Shown here piece by piece: positions 52,400 to 64,000 of a stretch of DNA of 64,000 nucleotides. The notes beneath the pieces are model-generated. The model ran no database searches, was not told the origin of the DNA, and saw only the letters and a list, made by a program, of their open reading frames with translations. Every line of letters begins with the position of its first letter. Positions within the stretch are counted from its first letter, which is position 1. This stretch comes from Octopus vulgaris (taxonomy: Eukaryota), in NCBI GenBank assembly GCA_951406725.2, contig OX597818.1:27652001-27716000 (forward strand), read 5' to 3'. The translations under genes were made by a program, and so were the position numbers.

Positions 52400-54830
52400 G
52401 TTGTTTGTAAAAGGTATCTTAAGTGGAGTTTATGCTGTTGCAATCCTTTAAATTAACCTCTGGCCTAGAATTTTCTCTGGTCTTTCCATACTCCATCACC
52501 CTCTACATTTCCATCAATACCAAAAATTAGATTCTAATCCCTTGATCAATTCTCCCTCCTTTTCAAACAACCAAAGCTTTTTCTCCAAGCTAGATTTCAC
52601 ATATCACCTCCTATACATAAACCACACTTCTTATTTCTCATTACTGGGAAAAATTTTCAACACCACTCTACAACCCAACTCCATTGTCCAGGTTACACTC
52701 TCTTCTCAAATTTCAATCCAAAAGGTAGTGTCTGTATGTATTTAGACTCTACTGTCCTTATGTCTCACCTCTCTCAACAGCATTTCTGCAACAATGACAG
52801 TCAACTTCTAAAGCTCCAAATTTTCCTCCCTCATTTCAACAAATACTTGTATTCCTTCTATCACTCTTTGAACTCCTGATAATATCAGTAACTTTTTGAC
52901 TAAAGCTTTTCCTGCATTGAGAACATTTATCTCACCTCTTTTCTCTTAAAGTCTTCATCCTCAATCAATGACTTCAATATCCATAACTCCTCATCACTTT
53001 GACACTCGACCTGCACTGATGCTACATGTACACTAGTCAAATCCTTTGCCATTCTCACCTCTTTACATTAGCTTGCTTCATCGCTTTCTCACATTCCAGA
53101 CCTGTATACAGGCATCTCAAACACATTTGTTTTCTCCCCTCAAAACCTAGCCTCTACTAAATCTACACCTATCAGCATCATTGTAAATGTTCAACACACA
53201 TTCATATTTTATACAGCAACCTCTTCATTGTGGACCCAGTAACACTTCAGCTTAGCCAGCTGGTTGAGGCTCCACAAGTTTTATATCCTTTATACCTGGC
53301 AGTGCATGTGCTTCAATCCAAACCTATAAGAAACAGTTAGGCAAGTGACTGAAACCATCCTTTTAGGCATGTTCATTACATCCCATGCACAAAATATTAC
53401 AAACCCTGCAATGCCAAGAAAATCTCAAAACTGGGAGACATTTACCCAGTAGCTCAATTCTTGTCAGACCAATGTGTGAAATATGCCTATGTATATCATA
53501 CCGTCCTCAAACTTTCCCAACTACCAAGCTGTACTAATTTTTTTGGTTCCATATCAAACTAATCTCTATCAGCTTTTTGATGTCCTCATTTCTTCTCTTC
53601 TAAACAATGATGGGTTCATTCACAGTACTCCTATGGAAAAAGCTTCTACCTTTGCTACTCACTTAGCATCCTCTCTCCGCACTACATATCTTTGGCCAAT
53701 CTCCTCTAAATTTTCCTAATTCCACTCCACAGGTTCTCTACACTGTATATACGAACTCCAAGTGCAGAAATACTGCCAGTTGCTTCAAAATTAGTGAACT
53801 GCCAGAATTGCTAGAGCTTCAGATTTGTTTTCTCACACAGTACTCTTAATTCAGAGCCTACTGAGGTCAACTTGGCCTTTCATTTTTGTAGGGTTGATTA
53901 GCATGGTACCAATCTAGGATAAAAATAAGTTTGTGGCCATAGACATCATCAAAGCCTTTAACTATATCTGGTACATAAATCTCCTCTCTAAATTTTTTGT
54001 TTACAAGATCTTCTCATCTCTTGGATCAGTATCTTCTTATCCGATCACACACTGTGGCCTAACATCCATTCTTATGCAGATGACATGACTCCTTAATATT
54101 CCCCAACCATCCATCATCCACCCATAGCTTTGAAACTTCTAACAAAACTTTCATTGATTTCATAAATACAAATATTGAGAGCATCTTCTGTAGGGACATG
54201 CTAACCATATTTCTTTTAACATACAAAAACTCAAGCAGTACTCATATCATGAAAAATTCATTTCATGAAACTCAACAAAACATGAATGGAACTCAGCTAT
54301 AGCCCTCGCAGTTGCTTCAAATATTGGTTTCACTATAATTGAGGGCCTCTCTTAGTAAGGGCACACCTTTAGCAAAGCTAGGACTTGATCCTAAAGACTG
54401 ACCTCTCTACTCAGGACCTAAAAATATTTCAGGTTCCAACAAGTTCCTAGTGATGGCCACAATGGAGTACTCCTCCCATATCTTGGCATCAACATCCAAA
54501 GAAGTGCCACTCAACTGATTGGTGCTTACTCACTAATAGACATGCTTCAGTATCTAGCCCATAGGCATACTGTCTTCTCTCTTTGTTTTTTCTATAATTA
54601 CTAAGCATTGAGGTCATTAGGCCTCTGCCCCTTTGGCTGGTTGTATTTACAACAATGTGACACCCCTGTCCCACTTCTCTTTCCACCTCTCATCATTCTT
54701 GGTGTATCCAATATCCTCAGCCCACACTAACCATTTTCCCTGACTTCCAAGGACATCAGCCATCAGGAATCTTCTCTTTGCCTAAGTATTTCCGGCAGGT
54801 GTTGGCCTGCAACAATTAAAATAGAACATT
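52400..54830 (+). mobile_element. Highly degenerate LINE (CR1/L2/Jockey-group-like)
   Basis: Remnant motifs DFNIH (~52970), VAIDI.KAF (~53935) and IHSYADD (~54064). Confidence 0.6.
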
Positions 54831-55538
54831 AAGAGTAAAGCTCATCAGGCTTAGAAGGCTTATAAAGGTCATGGGCAATGTGTTTGCTTCCAGACTAAAC
54901 AAGAATAAAATACATACACATATACTTGCATGAATACATACAATCATCCATTCATTTGTGTAGTTTAATTCCCCTCTTCATATTAATATCTTGAAATATT
55001 GTTTTTAAATCCAAGCATTGTTGTGTATTGTTTTGATGGGAGATATTTACAAATCTTATTATCACTATTTTACTATTCCTTGATTCAAAGACAAGAATCT
55101 TTAATTGTATTATCTGAAATCATTTAATATAACATGTTATCATAATGAAAATTGTAAACAACCTAACATTAAATGATGATGATTTCTCAATGTAGATTCG
55201 AAATAGCTTTATTTGATAGTTGAATTAAAGTAATAAAAATTGTTAGATAAAGACTGGATATATATATATATTCTATAATTATAAGCATAATTATAATCAG
55301 GGGTCAGCTAATTGCTTTACCATGCACCGAATTTAGAAATAGCAACCAAAGCACTATTCTGCTACCATACATATACCCCAGACAAGTAGCACACTTTTTT
55401 TACATAGGCAAAAAGAAAAAGTGACAAATCCATACAACTTAAATTAGCCACATACACGTTTTGGGATTAAAGTAAAGTTATATTTACATAGTTATTTCGC
55501 CTCATCAGTGTAGCATTATATATATATATATATATATA

Positions 55539-56715
55539 TCATCATCATCATCATCATCATCGTTTAACGTCCATTCTCCATGCTAGCATGGGTTGGACGG
55601 TTCGACCGAGGATCTGGGAAGCCAGAAGGCTGCACCAGGCTCCAGTCTTATCTGGCAGTGTTTCTACAGCTGGATGCCCTTCCTAACGCCAACCACTCCG
55701 TGAGTGTAGTGGGTACTTTTTACGTGCCACCTGCACAGGTGCCAGGCGAGGCTGGCAACGGCCACGGTCGGATTGGTGTATTTTATGTGCCACCGGCACG
55801 GAAGCCAGACGAGGCGGAGCTGGTATCGGCCACGAGTCGGATAGTGCTTTTTACGCCACGAGTCGGATAGTGCTTTTTATGTACCACCAGATCAGGGATC
55901 CTGGCTGGTTCAATTCGATTTCGATTTCGATTTCGCTTGCCCCAACATGTCTTCGCAAGCAAGGGGGTTGGCATGGGTGCCTGTCGTACGGTCAGATTGG
56001 TGTATTTTACATGCCACCGGCACGGAAGCCAGTGGAGGCGGCGCTGGCATCGGCCACGAGTCGGATAGTGCTTTTTACGTACCACCAGACCAGGGATCCT
56101 GGCTGGTTCAATTCGATTTCGATTTCGCTTGCCCCAACATGTCTTCGCAAGCAAGGGGGTTGGCATGGGTGCCTGTCGTATGGTCAGATTGGTGTATTTT
56201 ACGTGCCACCGGCCCGGAAGCCAGTGGAGGCGGCGCTGGCATAGGCCACGAGTCAGATAGTGCTTTTATGTACCACCAGACCAGGGATCCTGGCTGGTTC
56301 AATTCGATTTCGCTTGCCCCAACATGTCTTCGCAAGCAAGGGGGTTGGCATGGGTGCCTGTCGTACGGTCAGATTGGTGTATTTTACGTGCCACCGGCCC
56401 GGAAGCCAGTGGAGGCGGCGCTGGCATAGGCCACGAGTCGGATAGTGCTTTTTACGTACCACCAGACCAGGGATCCTGGCTGGTTCAATTCGATTTCGAT
56501 TTCGCTTGCCCCAACATGTCTTCGCAAGCAAAGGGGGTTGGCATGGGTGCCTGTCGTCGGATGAGGTTCTATATCGACTTCGCTTGCCTCAACAGGTCTT
56601 TGTGTCCAAGGGAGGAAAGGCATTCATAAGTGGGCTGGGCTCACTTGTCCTGTCTGGTCTTCTCATGTACAGAATATTTCCAAAGGTCTCGGTCGCTGGT
56701 CATTTCCTCAGTGAG
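55539..56715 (-). mobile_element. RTE 3' fragment with an internal ~165-bp tandem array
   Basis: (CAT)n tail; unit repeated about 4 times between 55780 and 56560. Confidence 0.85.
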
Positions 56716-57099
56716 ATATATATATATATATATATTACTTTCATGACCCTAGTAAACTGGATGAGAGAATTAAGCAAAACTAGTGATCATAAAAGTTAAT
56801 TCCCCATGTGGGAATGCAACTAAACATGGATTTAAATAGGATATTTCAAAATGTAGCTATGAAGTGGTTTATTTGGCAGTAAAATTTGGGTCATTAGCTA
56901 TAGAATAATAGTTAATGCATTATAAAATCATGAGGAAGTGGTTGAATTCTTATCATTTTTTCAATTTCATATATCTTTTTTGTTTGCATCTATAATTAAT
57001 TTATAATGCATAAAAGGTTCTATATTTGAATCTAGTAGGTGTGTGTGTGAATCAGCTTTCACTTAGAATGCAACAAAATATTAATTATAACATGTTGGT

Positions 57100-57795
57100 G
57101 ACAGGATAATCACTGCACCACTGAAGATTTGGATATAAAAGCTGCTTTCAGTTGATCAAAAAGAAGATTAGGTTTCAGCTGCAAAGGATCTTCTTGATTG
57201 CATCAAAGAAGATGGAAACCTTTTTAAAACAGTCAAAGCAGGTGACAAGTCGTGGACCTATGGTTATGACCCCAAAACCAAAACTCAGTCTTCACAGTGG
57301 AAGAGGCCAACCTTTCAAAACTGGAGAAAGTCGAAACAATGTGAAGATCCTGCTGACAGATTTCTTCAACTAAAAGGACAAAACTGCATGTGTCCAGTGA
57401 GTGGTAACTCCACCATGACAATGCACTTGCCTCTTCAATGCACTTTGTGCAGCAGATTTTGGCTAAGCACAACATTCCTCAGGTCTAACAACCACCATAT
57501 TCCCCAGATCTCACCCCACGGGGCTCTTTCCTCTTTTGAAAAATCAAAATCACATCTCCCTTAAAAGGAACGAAATTTCAAGACATTGAGGAAATCCAAG
57601 AGAATGTGATGAGGCAGCTGCTCACTATTCCCAAAAAGGGAGTTACAGGAATGCTACCATCAATGGAAATGATATTTGATACAGTGTCCATCTTCAGAAG
57701 GTAGCTACCTCAAAGGAAATTAAATTCTGAATTGATATGTGTTGTAGCTTTCTTTTTATAGCACCAATCCAGATACTTTTTGATCAGGCCCCGTA
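57100..57795 (+). mobile_element. Degenerate mariner fragment
   Basis: GD.SWTYGYDP.TKTQSSQW, HHDNA and PPYSPDL remnants. Confidence 0.7.
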
Positions 57796-58348
57796 CAGAC
57801 AAATTGGACTGAATGTTAGATATTAATAACAGTCAAGGACACTATCATTTGCTTAACATCCACAGTTTATTTACTGGTCACTAATTGGGACCAAGTGTTC
57901 AGTTTTAGGCTGTGATTGTATACAAAATGTATGGAAATTATAAATAAAAATGTGGTACCTGAAAATTTGTAACAGGCTCTCTTATTGTGTTAAAAGCTTT
58001 ATGTATCAGTGAGGCCTATACTAAAACTTTAGATTATTGCCCTAATCAATCCATTCTTACATTATTGTAACTTATTGTAATTTTTACATGTTTTAAATGT
58101 AATTTCTGAGATCATCACTCAAATTTTTTCTTCCTTATGAAGAGCTCTGTGCTTACAAGATATCAATTTGTGCACCTAGTTTTTAAGTTCCAGTCATTCT
58201 AGTATTTAAGCAAGCATGATCTAATATCTAATTATTTTTCTGCAAAGCATGCAATTATTTTCACAAACACCAAACATCAAATAACTGTTTAAGAGATCGC
58301 AATCTTATGTGAGCATCTCATGTACATTTTAATTCTTTCATTTTTTAG

Positions 58349-58660
58349 GTTACCAGTGAAGGTCCATGCTTTTCAGATGAACAAGAATTTAGAACTTAGT
58401 ATTATTGTATATCACACCTTCTAGAACTAAGTGGAATCTTGTGGACAACCCATGTCAGTCTCCTTGTCATCATTTCATAGACACTTTTTGTAAACATTGC
58501 AGGGTTGAGTAAATATCTGATACTACCATAACATTATCAGTCTCTATTATATGCTGTAACTGCATTGCTTTTGTATTCACAGCATCGACAAATACTTGAT
58601 TTATTTTTAATCTTTGTAAATATTTATCTATAACTAAACATTTGCATCAATAAAGTAAAC
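58349..58660 (+). CDS. Candidate terminal exon of the host gene: xYQ* then 3' UTR with AATAAA at 58649
   Basis: Strong acceptor ttctttcattttttag; phase-1 reading GT TAC CAG TGA; unique sequence follows. Confidence 0.4.
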
Positions 58661-58759
58661 TCAGTTAAATTTCTTTATCCTTTTCCTCCTATGAGTCATC
58701 ATCAGCTAAACATACTATGCATATTTAACAACATAGCTGTGAATTTTACCAATTTTTGG

Positions 58760-61700
58760 AATCATCATCATCATCATCATTTAATGTCTGTTGTCCATAC
58801 TGGCATGGATTGGACGATTTGACTGGGCTGGCACACTGGAAGGCTGCACCAGAATCCAGTCTGGTTTGGCATGGTTTTCTATGGCTGGATGCCCTTCCTA
58901 ACATCAACCACTCTGAGAGTGTAGTGGATGTTTTTATGTGCCACCAGTACGGGTGCTATTTGTGTGACAGTGGTATCTGCCACAACTGTGATTTTGCTTG
59001 GCTTGATGCTTCTTCTCAAGCATGACATAATGCCAAAGGTCTTGGTCATTGCCTCCGTGAAGTCCAACACTTGAAAGGAACTCAGCCACTTTGCCTCCAT
59101 GCAGCCCAAGAGTTCAACCACTTTGCCTCCTTGAGGCTCTATGCTCAAAAGGAACTCAATCACTTTGCCTCCGTCAGGTCCAATGCTCAAAAGATACTCA
59201 GCTACTTTGCCTCTATAAGGCCCAATGTTCAAAGGTTGATTTTTTTTTTGTGTGCCACCAGCACATGTGCTTCGCGGGTCCTCTTGAGAAGAGCATGTTT
59301 CCAAAGGTCTCAATCACTTAGTCATTGCCTCTAGGAGGTTCAAAGTTCGAGGGTCATGCTTCACCACTTCGTCCCATGTCTTCCTGGGTCCACCTCTACC
59401 ACAGGTCCCTTCCACAGTTAGAGATTAGCATTTCTTTACACAACTGTCCTCATCCATCCACATCACATGACCATACCAGCGCAGTCATCTCTCTTGCACA
59501 CCACATCTGATTCCTCTTATGCCTAACTTTTCTCTCAAGATGCTTACACTCTGCCGAACATACACACTGACATTACACATTCAGCGAAGCATACTGGCTT
59601 AATTTCTCTCAAGCCTACACATGTCCTTGGCTGTCATAGCCCATGTTTCACTGCCATGCAGCATAACTTTGCATACAGGCATCAAATCTGCCTTTCATTC
59701 TGAGGGAGAAGCCACTGGTTGCCAGCAGGGGTAGGAGCTCTCTGAACTTTGCCCAGCCTAATCGTATTCTCACAGTTACGCTCTTGGAACAACCACTCCC
59801 ACTATTACTTGGTCACCTAGATACTGGAAGCTATCTACTACCTCTAGCTTGTTCCTCCTGGCAGTTGATGGAGTCTGTTTTCCGTACATGTTCAGTATTT
59901 ATTATACCTGTGCACCTTTTACATACAAAAGTTAGTTTCTCTGTTTACCTTCATTTGATGTTGCTGCACCTTTTGTATATCCAAAGCTTACACTGGGTGC
60001 ATCTTATGAAGTTTCTACCTACACCTTTTCTACAGATTGAGCAGGGCCATCTACCTGTGGGGATTTGTGATTTGTCTGCCTTCTTACTATGACTTTGGTT
60101 TCTGCTAGGTTAACTCTAAGGCCCTTTGAGTCTAGACCTTGTTTCCATACCTGGAACTTCTCTAGCACAGGTTGTGAGCAAGGTCATCAGCATAGAGGAG
60201 TTTCCAGAGGCAGCCTGTCTTGAACTCCTGTTATTGCCTGTAGGAATATGATGAACAAGAGTGGGGCTGAGCACCAATCCTAGGTGAACCTCTACTTGTA
60301 CCCTGAATTCTTTTCTGTACTCATTGCCCACCCTCACACCAACCACTCGTCTATCCCTAGTTTTGTCAATCCCTAATTTCCTGATGGGTTGGGTAGTTTT
60401 CCCTGTCTTCATATCCTTAATTGCTTTATCTACCAGGGTACTGTCAATTCGGATAGCTGGTCTCTAAGTTGGGTCAACATTTGGCAGACTCTCCTATTCA
60501 TTCTCCATTTTCAGCAGTCTTTCATAATGGCATCTCCAAGCCTCTTTCTTTGCAAACTCATTCACAGCAAGTGTACCATCATCCATGCAGACACATTTCT
60601 CTCCTATGACATCACAATTTTCTCTCACACATTGTCTTGCAATCCGAATTACTTCAGTTTGCTGGTCCTCATGGTGCTGAACACAGGCAAACTTCTTTTC
60701 AGCTTCTCCCTTGGCTAGATATACTTGTCTCCTAGCTTCCCATCTGGCTATCTGATACAGTTCCCTATAATGGCCCAGCCTACAGTATTGTTCCACCATC
60801 ACGTAACCTTGGGTCTGGAAGGGACTTTGCACCTGCCAGATTTGTTCTGTGGCACTCAGCAAGCTGTCTCACAGGAATTCCCAGTTGCCCTCTATGTCAC
60901 AAGTTTGTAGCTGCTCCTCCCTTTCATCAAATTTCTCAATTTGGATGTCTCTAAATTTCTGACCATATGAAGGGTCCTTAAGCTTCCAGATCTTTCTTTT
61001 CCAGATTGGTCTACTTCTTGGCATCATTCTGGCCAGGAATCTAAAGTCACTAATGACCAGTCTATGCTGGTGGGGTACATTCTTCACCACGGAGGGTTTT
61101 TGTATTTAAGAAAAACCATGCATCCCACTGTCTAGTGAGAATGAAATCAATCTGGCTGGCAGAGTCACTTGATTGGTAGGTTGTTAGGTGGCTGGCTGGC
61201 TTCCTGAAGTTGATGTTGCAGATCAAAAGGTTATTTGCATCACAAAACTCCAATAGTTCCCTCTTCATTTCAGGTACCAATTCCATAACCCCCATGAACA
61301 CCATGGTAGATACCAGGTTGCTGTCCGACATGCCCATCGAAATCCCCAGCCATGAAGATGAAATCATTGTCACTTGTCTTGGGGTAGCCTACAGATGAAT
61401 ATCATAAAAGTGGTCCAGTTCATTTAATAGGTCCACTTGTGGGGTGTAGGTAGATATAATTATAGTTATAGTATTCTGCAAGACGAGCCTGAGCTGAAGT
61501 ACCCCAATGCATACTCTAACTATGTCTATGACCTTATCCACTCATTTCTCAGCTAGGAGTATGCCCACACCACCTACTCCATCGTTGTTACCTTTCCAGA
61601 AGATTTTATACCTATGTGTCTTGCCTGCGAGGACCCTGGCTGAAGATCCTCTCCACCTCTTGGATCCAACATACATCAACATGCCTCCTTTCAAGCATCT

Positions 61701-61770
61701 CTACAATCTCATTAGATCTACATGTCAGTGTACCTACATTTACAGTGCCAACTCTGAAAACTGAGAAAGG
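58760..61770 (-). mobile_element. Degenerate, near full-length RTE LINE with a short ~39-bp tandem repeat at 59050-59235
   Basis: Colinear with the 42278 element from (CAT)n to RVGTVNVGTL; many indels. Confidence 0.9.
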
Positions 61771-62724
61771 GATTTGGGCAAGAACATGGGAAGGTGCCTC
61801 TACTGGGGATGAGAGTAAGGTAAGCATTATAAATATAAGCATTACTGCAGCTGCAAATATAGATATAAATATTCCAATGTTAAATTAAGTAAGTAAATGT
61901 GCTGCTATTTGGTTGGGTTAGTCCATCTATAATAATAAATGCCAAAACGAATTTTTGTGTGTCAGTGTGTCACACTTTGATCCCCTCTCTCACTATTCAG
62001 TGATACTTCTACTATTCCTCATGGTGGGGGTGAGAGTAATAGTATGCATAGAGACAGTAGTAAATTGATGGTTGTGATGGTAATGGGGTGATAGTAATAG
62101 TATGAACTGTAGTTGTGATAGAGGCAGAGGTGACAGTGATAACAGTGGTGTTGGTTGTAGCTGAAGCAGTGAGGGATGATGGTGATAGTAAGCGATATGA
62201 AAGACAGTGGTGAAGGGGAAGGCAGCCAAGTCAAAGGTATTGATGGTGGTGGCATCAGTAATCTGAATGGTGTGAGTATGGCAGTTGTGGTAGCGATGGT
62301 GGTGATACAGGTGATGATGATTGTTGAAAACAATCAACAGAAAGAGAGAGAAAGAAAGAAAGAGGTTAGACAGAAAAAAAAAAAAAAATAGTACTGACCC
62401 CTGAATGGAAAGACAAAAAATGTTGTTCATCATACAGTTTTGCAATAAGTCGACAAATTATATCATTGTTTTGATGAAAATTGTTCATTGCTTGAAAAAT
62501 ATTGGTCAAGTTTAATAAAATTTAGTATGTACTCAATGCATGAAGTGTCATTGTTGGGCCCAAGGCCCAATGAAGAGCCCTCCTCAGGAGCTAGCTTAAA
62601 AGCTGCCCCTATTGGGCAGCTTTTAAGGTAGTTATATATATATATATATCAACTTACTTGGAAATGGATGTGTGGCATTCAATCAAATAATAATACAAAT
62701 AATATATATATATATGCACACACA

Positions 62725-63052
62725 CATACATATGCGTAAACGGGTACAGAATGTTACCAACAGTAAACAATATGAAATACCCCAAAAAAATGAGTTCAAT
62801 ATGCAAACAAGAGAAACAAATGGAAAACACGACAAGTAACATAAAGTACGACCCTTCATCAATTGTCAACTGTCTATTTACTCGTTCAATGCTCGAAATG
62901 AGGAGTAGATAGACAGTTGTCAACTGATGAAGGGTCGTTCTTTATGTTACTTGTCCTGTTTTCCATTTGTTTCACTTGTTGTTTGTGTATTGAACTCATT
63001 TGTTTTTGTATTTCATGTTGAATACTTTTGGTGACGTCCTGTGCCCATATAT

Positions 63053-63055
<3 letters not shown>
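62725..63055. mobile_element. Palindromic MITE-like element among (TA)n/(CA)n repeats
   Basis: ~160-bp imperfect inverted arms around 62892. Confidence 0.75.
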
Positions 63056-63134
<79 letters not shown>

Positions 63135-64000
63135 GGGAAGAGGGGGAGAAAGAGAGGGAGATGGTGAGAGAAAGATGGTTTGGAAGGAACGGAAGTCTGG
63201 AGGTATGTAGATCTGCTAGTGCAGAAGTAAGGTAGAGCTCTGTGTGTTTCAGTATGAGGGAAGAGCTTCCACGGTAAAGAGAAGAGATTACCAGCATACG
63301 AGAGAGGGGACTCCCAGTATGAGAGAAGGGATTTCCAGTGTTGGTGGTGGGGGTGCATCACAAAGTACAGGCTAGCTTCATGTTAAGGTTACAAAGTTAA
63401 TTTAAGGATCGTTTAGCATGTTAATAATACAAATTAAATAAATGAAGAGAAATGATGAACAATTAATAACGAGAGGATTTCTTAGCTTAGCGGCTGGACA
63501 TTTTGCATTGTGATATGATGGTATCAAATAGCAGGAAAGAAGGTTGGAGATGAAAGACATGTTTTATAGTGGTCAGGGGAATAGAAATGGCAGCAAAGGA
63601 CAATAGTAAAATGGAAGAAAAGAAAATGGCTAGCTTCGCCACAAGAAAATCGAAAGATGGGCGACCCTTGAAAATGTATTAAGAATTTGAATTCACATCA
63701 ATTTTCTAAAATCATTATTGTTTTGGTCCACATTAAGTAGATTCTTGAAACCATTTATTACTATATGATCAAGGTTTGTGATGTTCACATGACAGAAATT
63801 CTATATATACTTTCAGCTGTTTTACTTCACTGAGATCAATGCATTTAGATTTTCTTCTGTCACATTTATATATATATATATAAATTCAGAATTATAATCT
63901 TTTCGAGTTCCTTCTGTGTTGGGCCTCACAGAGGCAACAACCAAGACCTTTGGCATAATGTTGTGCTTGAGAAGAAGACCCATCAAGCCAAGCAAAATCG

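Noticed and set aside
55783-56629. Overlapping repetitive ORFs
   Set aside because: Artefacts of the GC-rich tandem repeat in an RTE 3' UTR
61993-62445. His/Thr-rich 150-aa ORF
   Set aside because: Degenerate (GAT/GGT/AGT)n low-complexity sequence without splice or domain support

Overview
AT-rich, repeat-dense eukaryotic genomic DNA. The SINE types, RTE 3' ends with (CAT)n tails, long (TA)n runs and Dong-like elements suggest an octopus or other coleoid mollusc (inference). Nearly all long ORFs belong to transposons: a Gypsy gag/protease, an R4/Dong-like LINE, a Penelope element, a CRE-like LINE, several RTE LINEs, four mariner-like elements, a Helitron and MITEs. Hidden among them, and missed by the ORF track, is the 3' part of a plus-strand host gene built almost entirely from micro-exons of 17-63 nt. 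About 20 tandemly duplicated, frame-preserving (phase 1-1) exons of 42 nt and 60/63 nt mostly carry one or two acidic tyrosine motifs (YATL/I, YxNV/I, YAEV, YLEL/YLEM). Spliced together they give a tyrosine-motif-rich, probably cytoplasmic signalling tail that is expanding by duplication of exon-plus-intron modules, with several copies decaying into pseudo-exons. Other oddities include a perfect ~370-bp-arm palindrome inside a fold-back inversion, a twin-priming-like inverted CRE insertion, two hammerhead-ribozyme-like motifs and a PHD finger inside an RTE reverse transcriptase.
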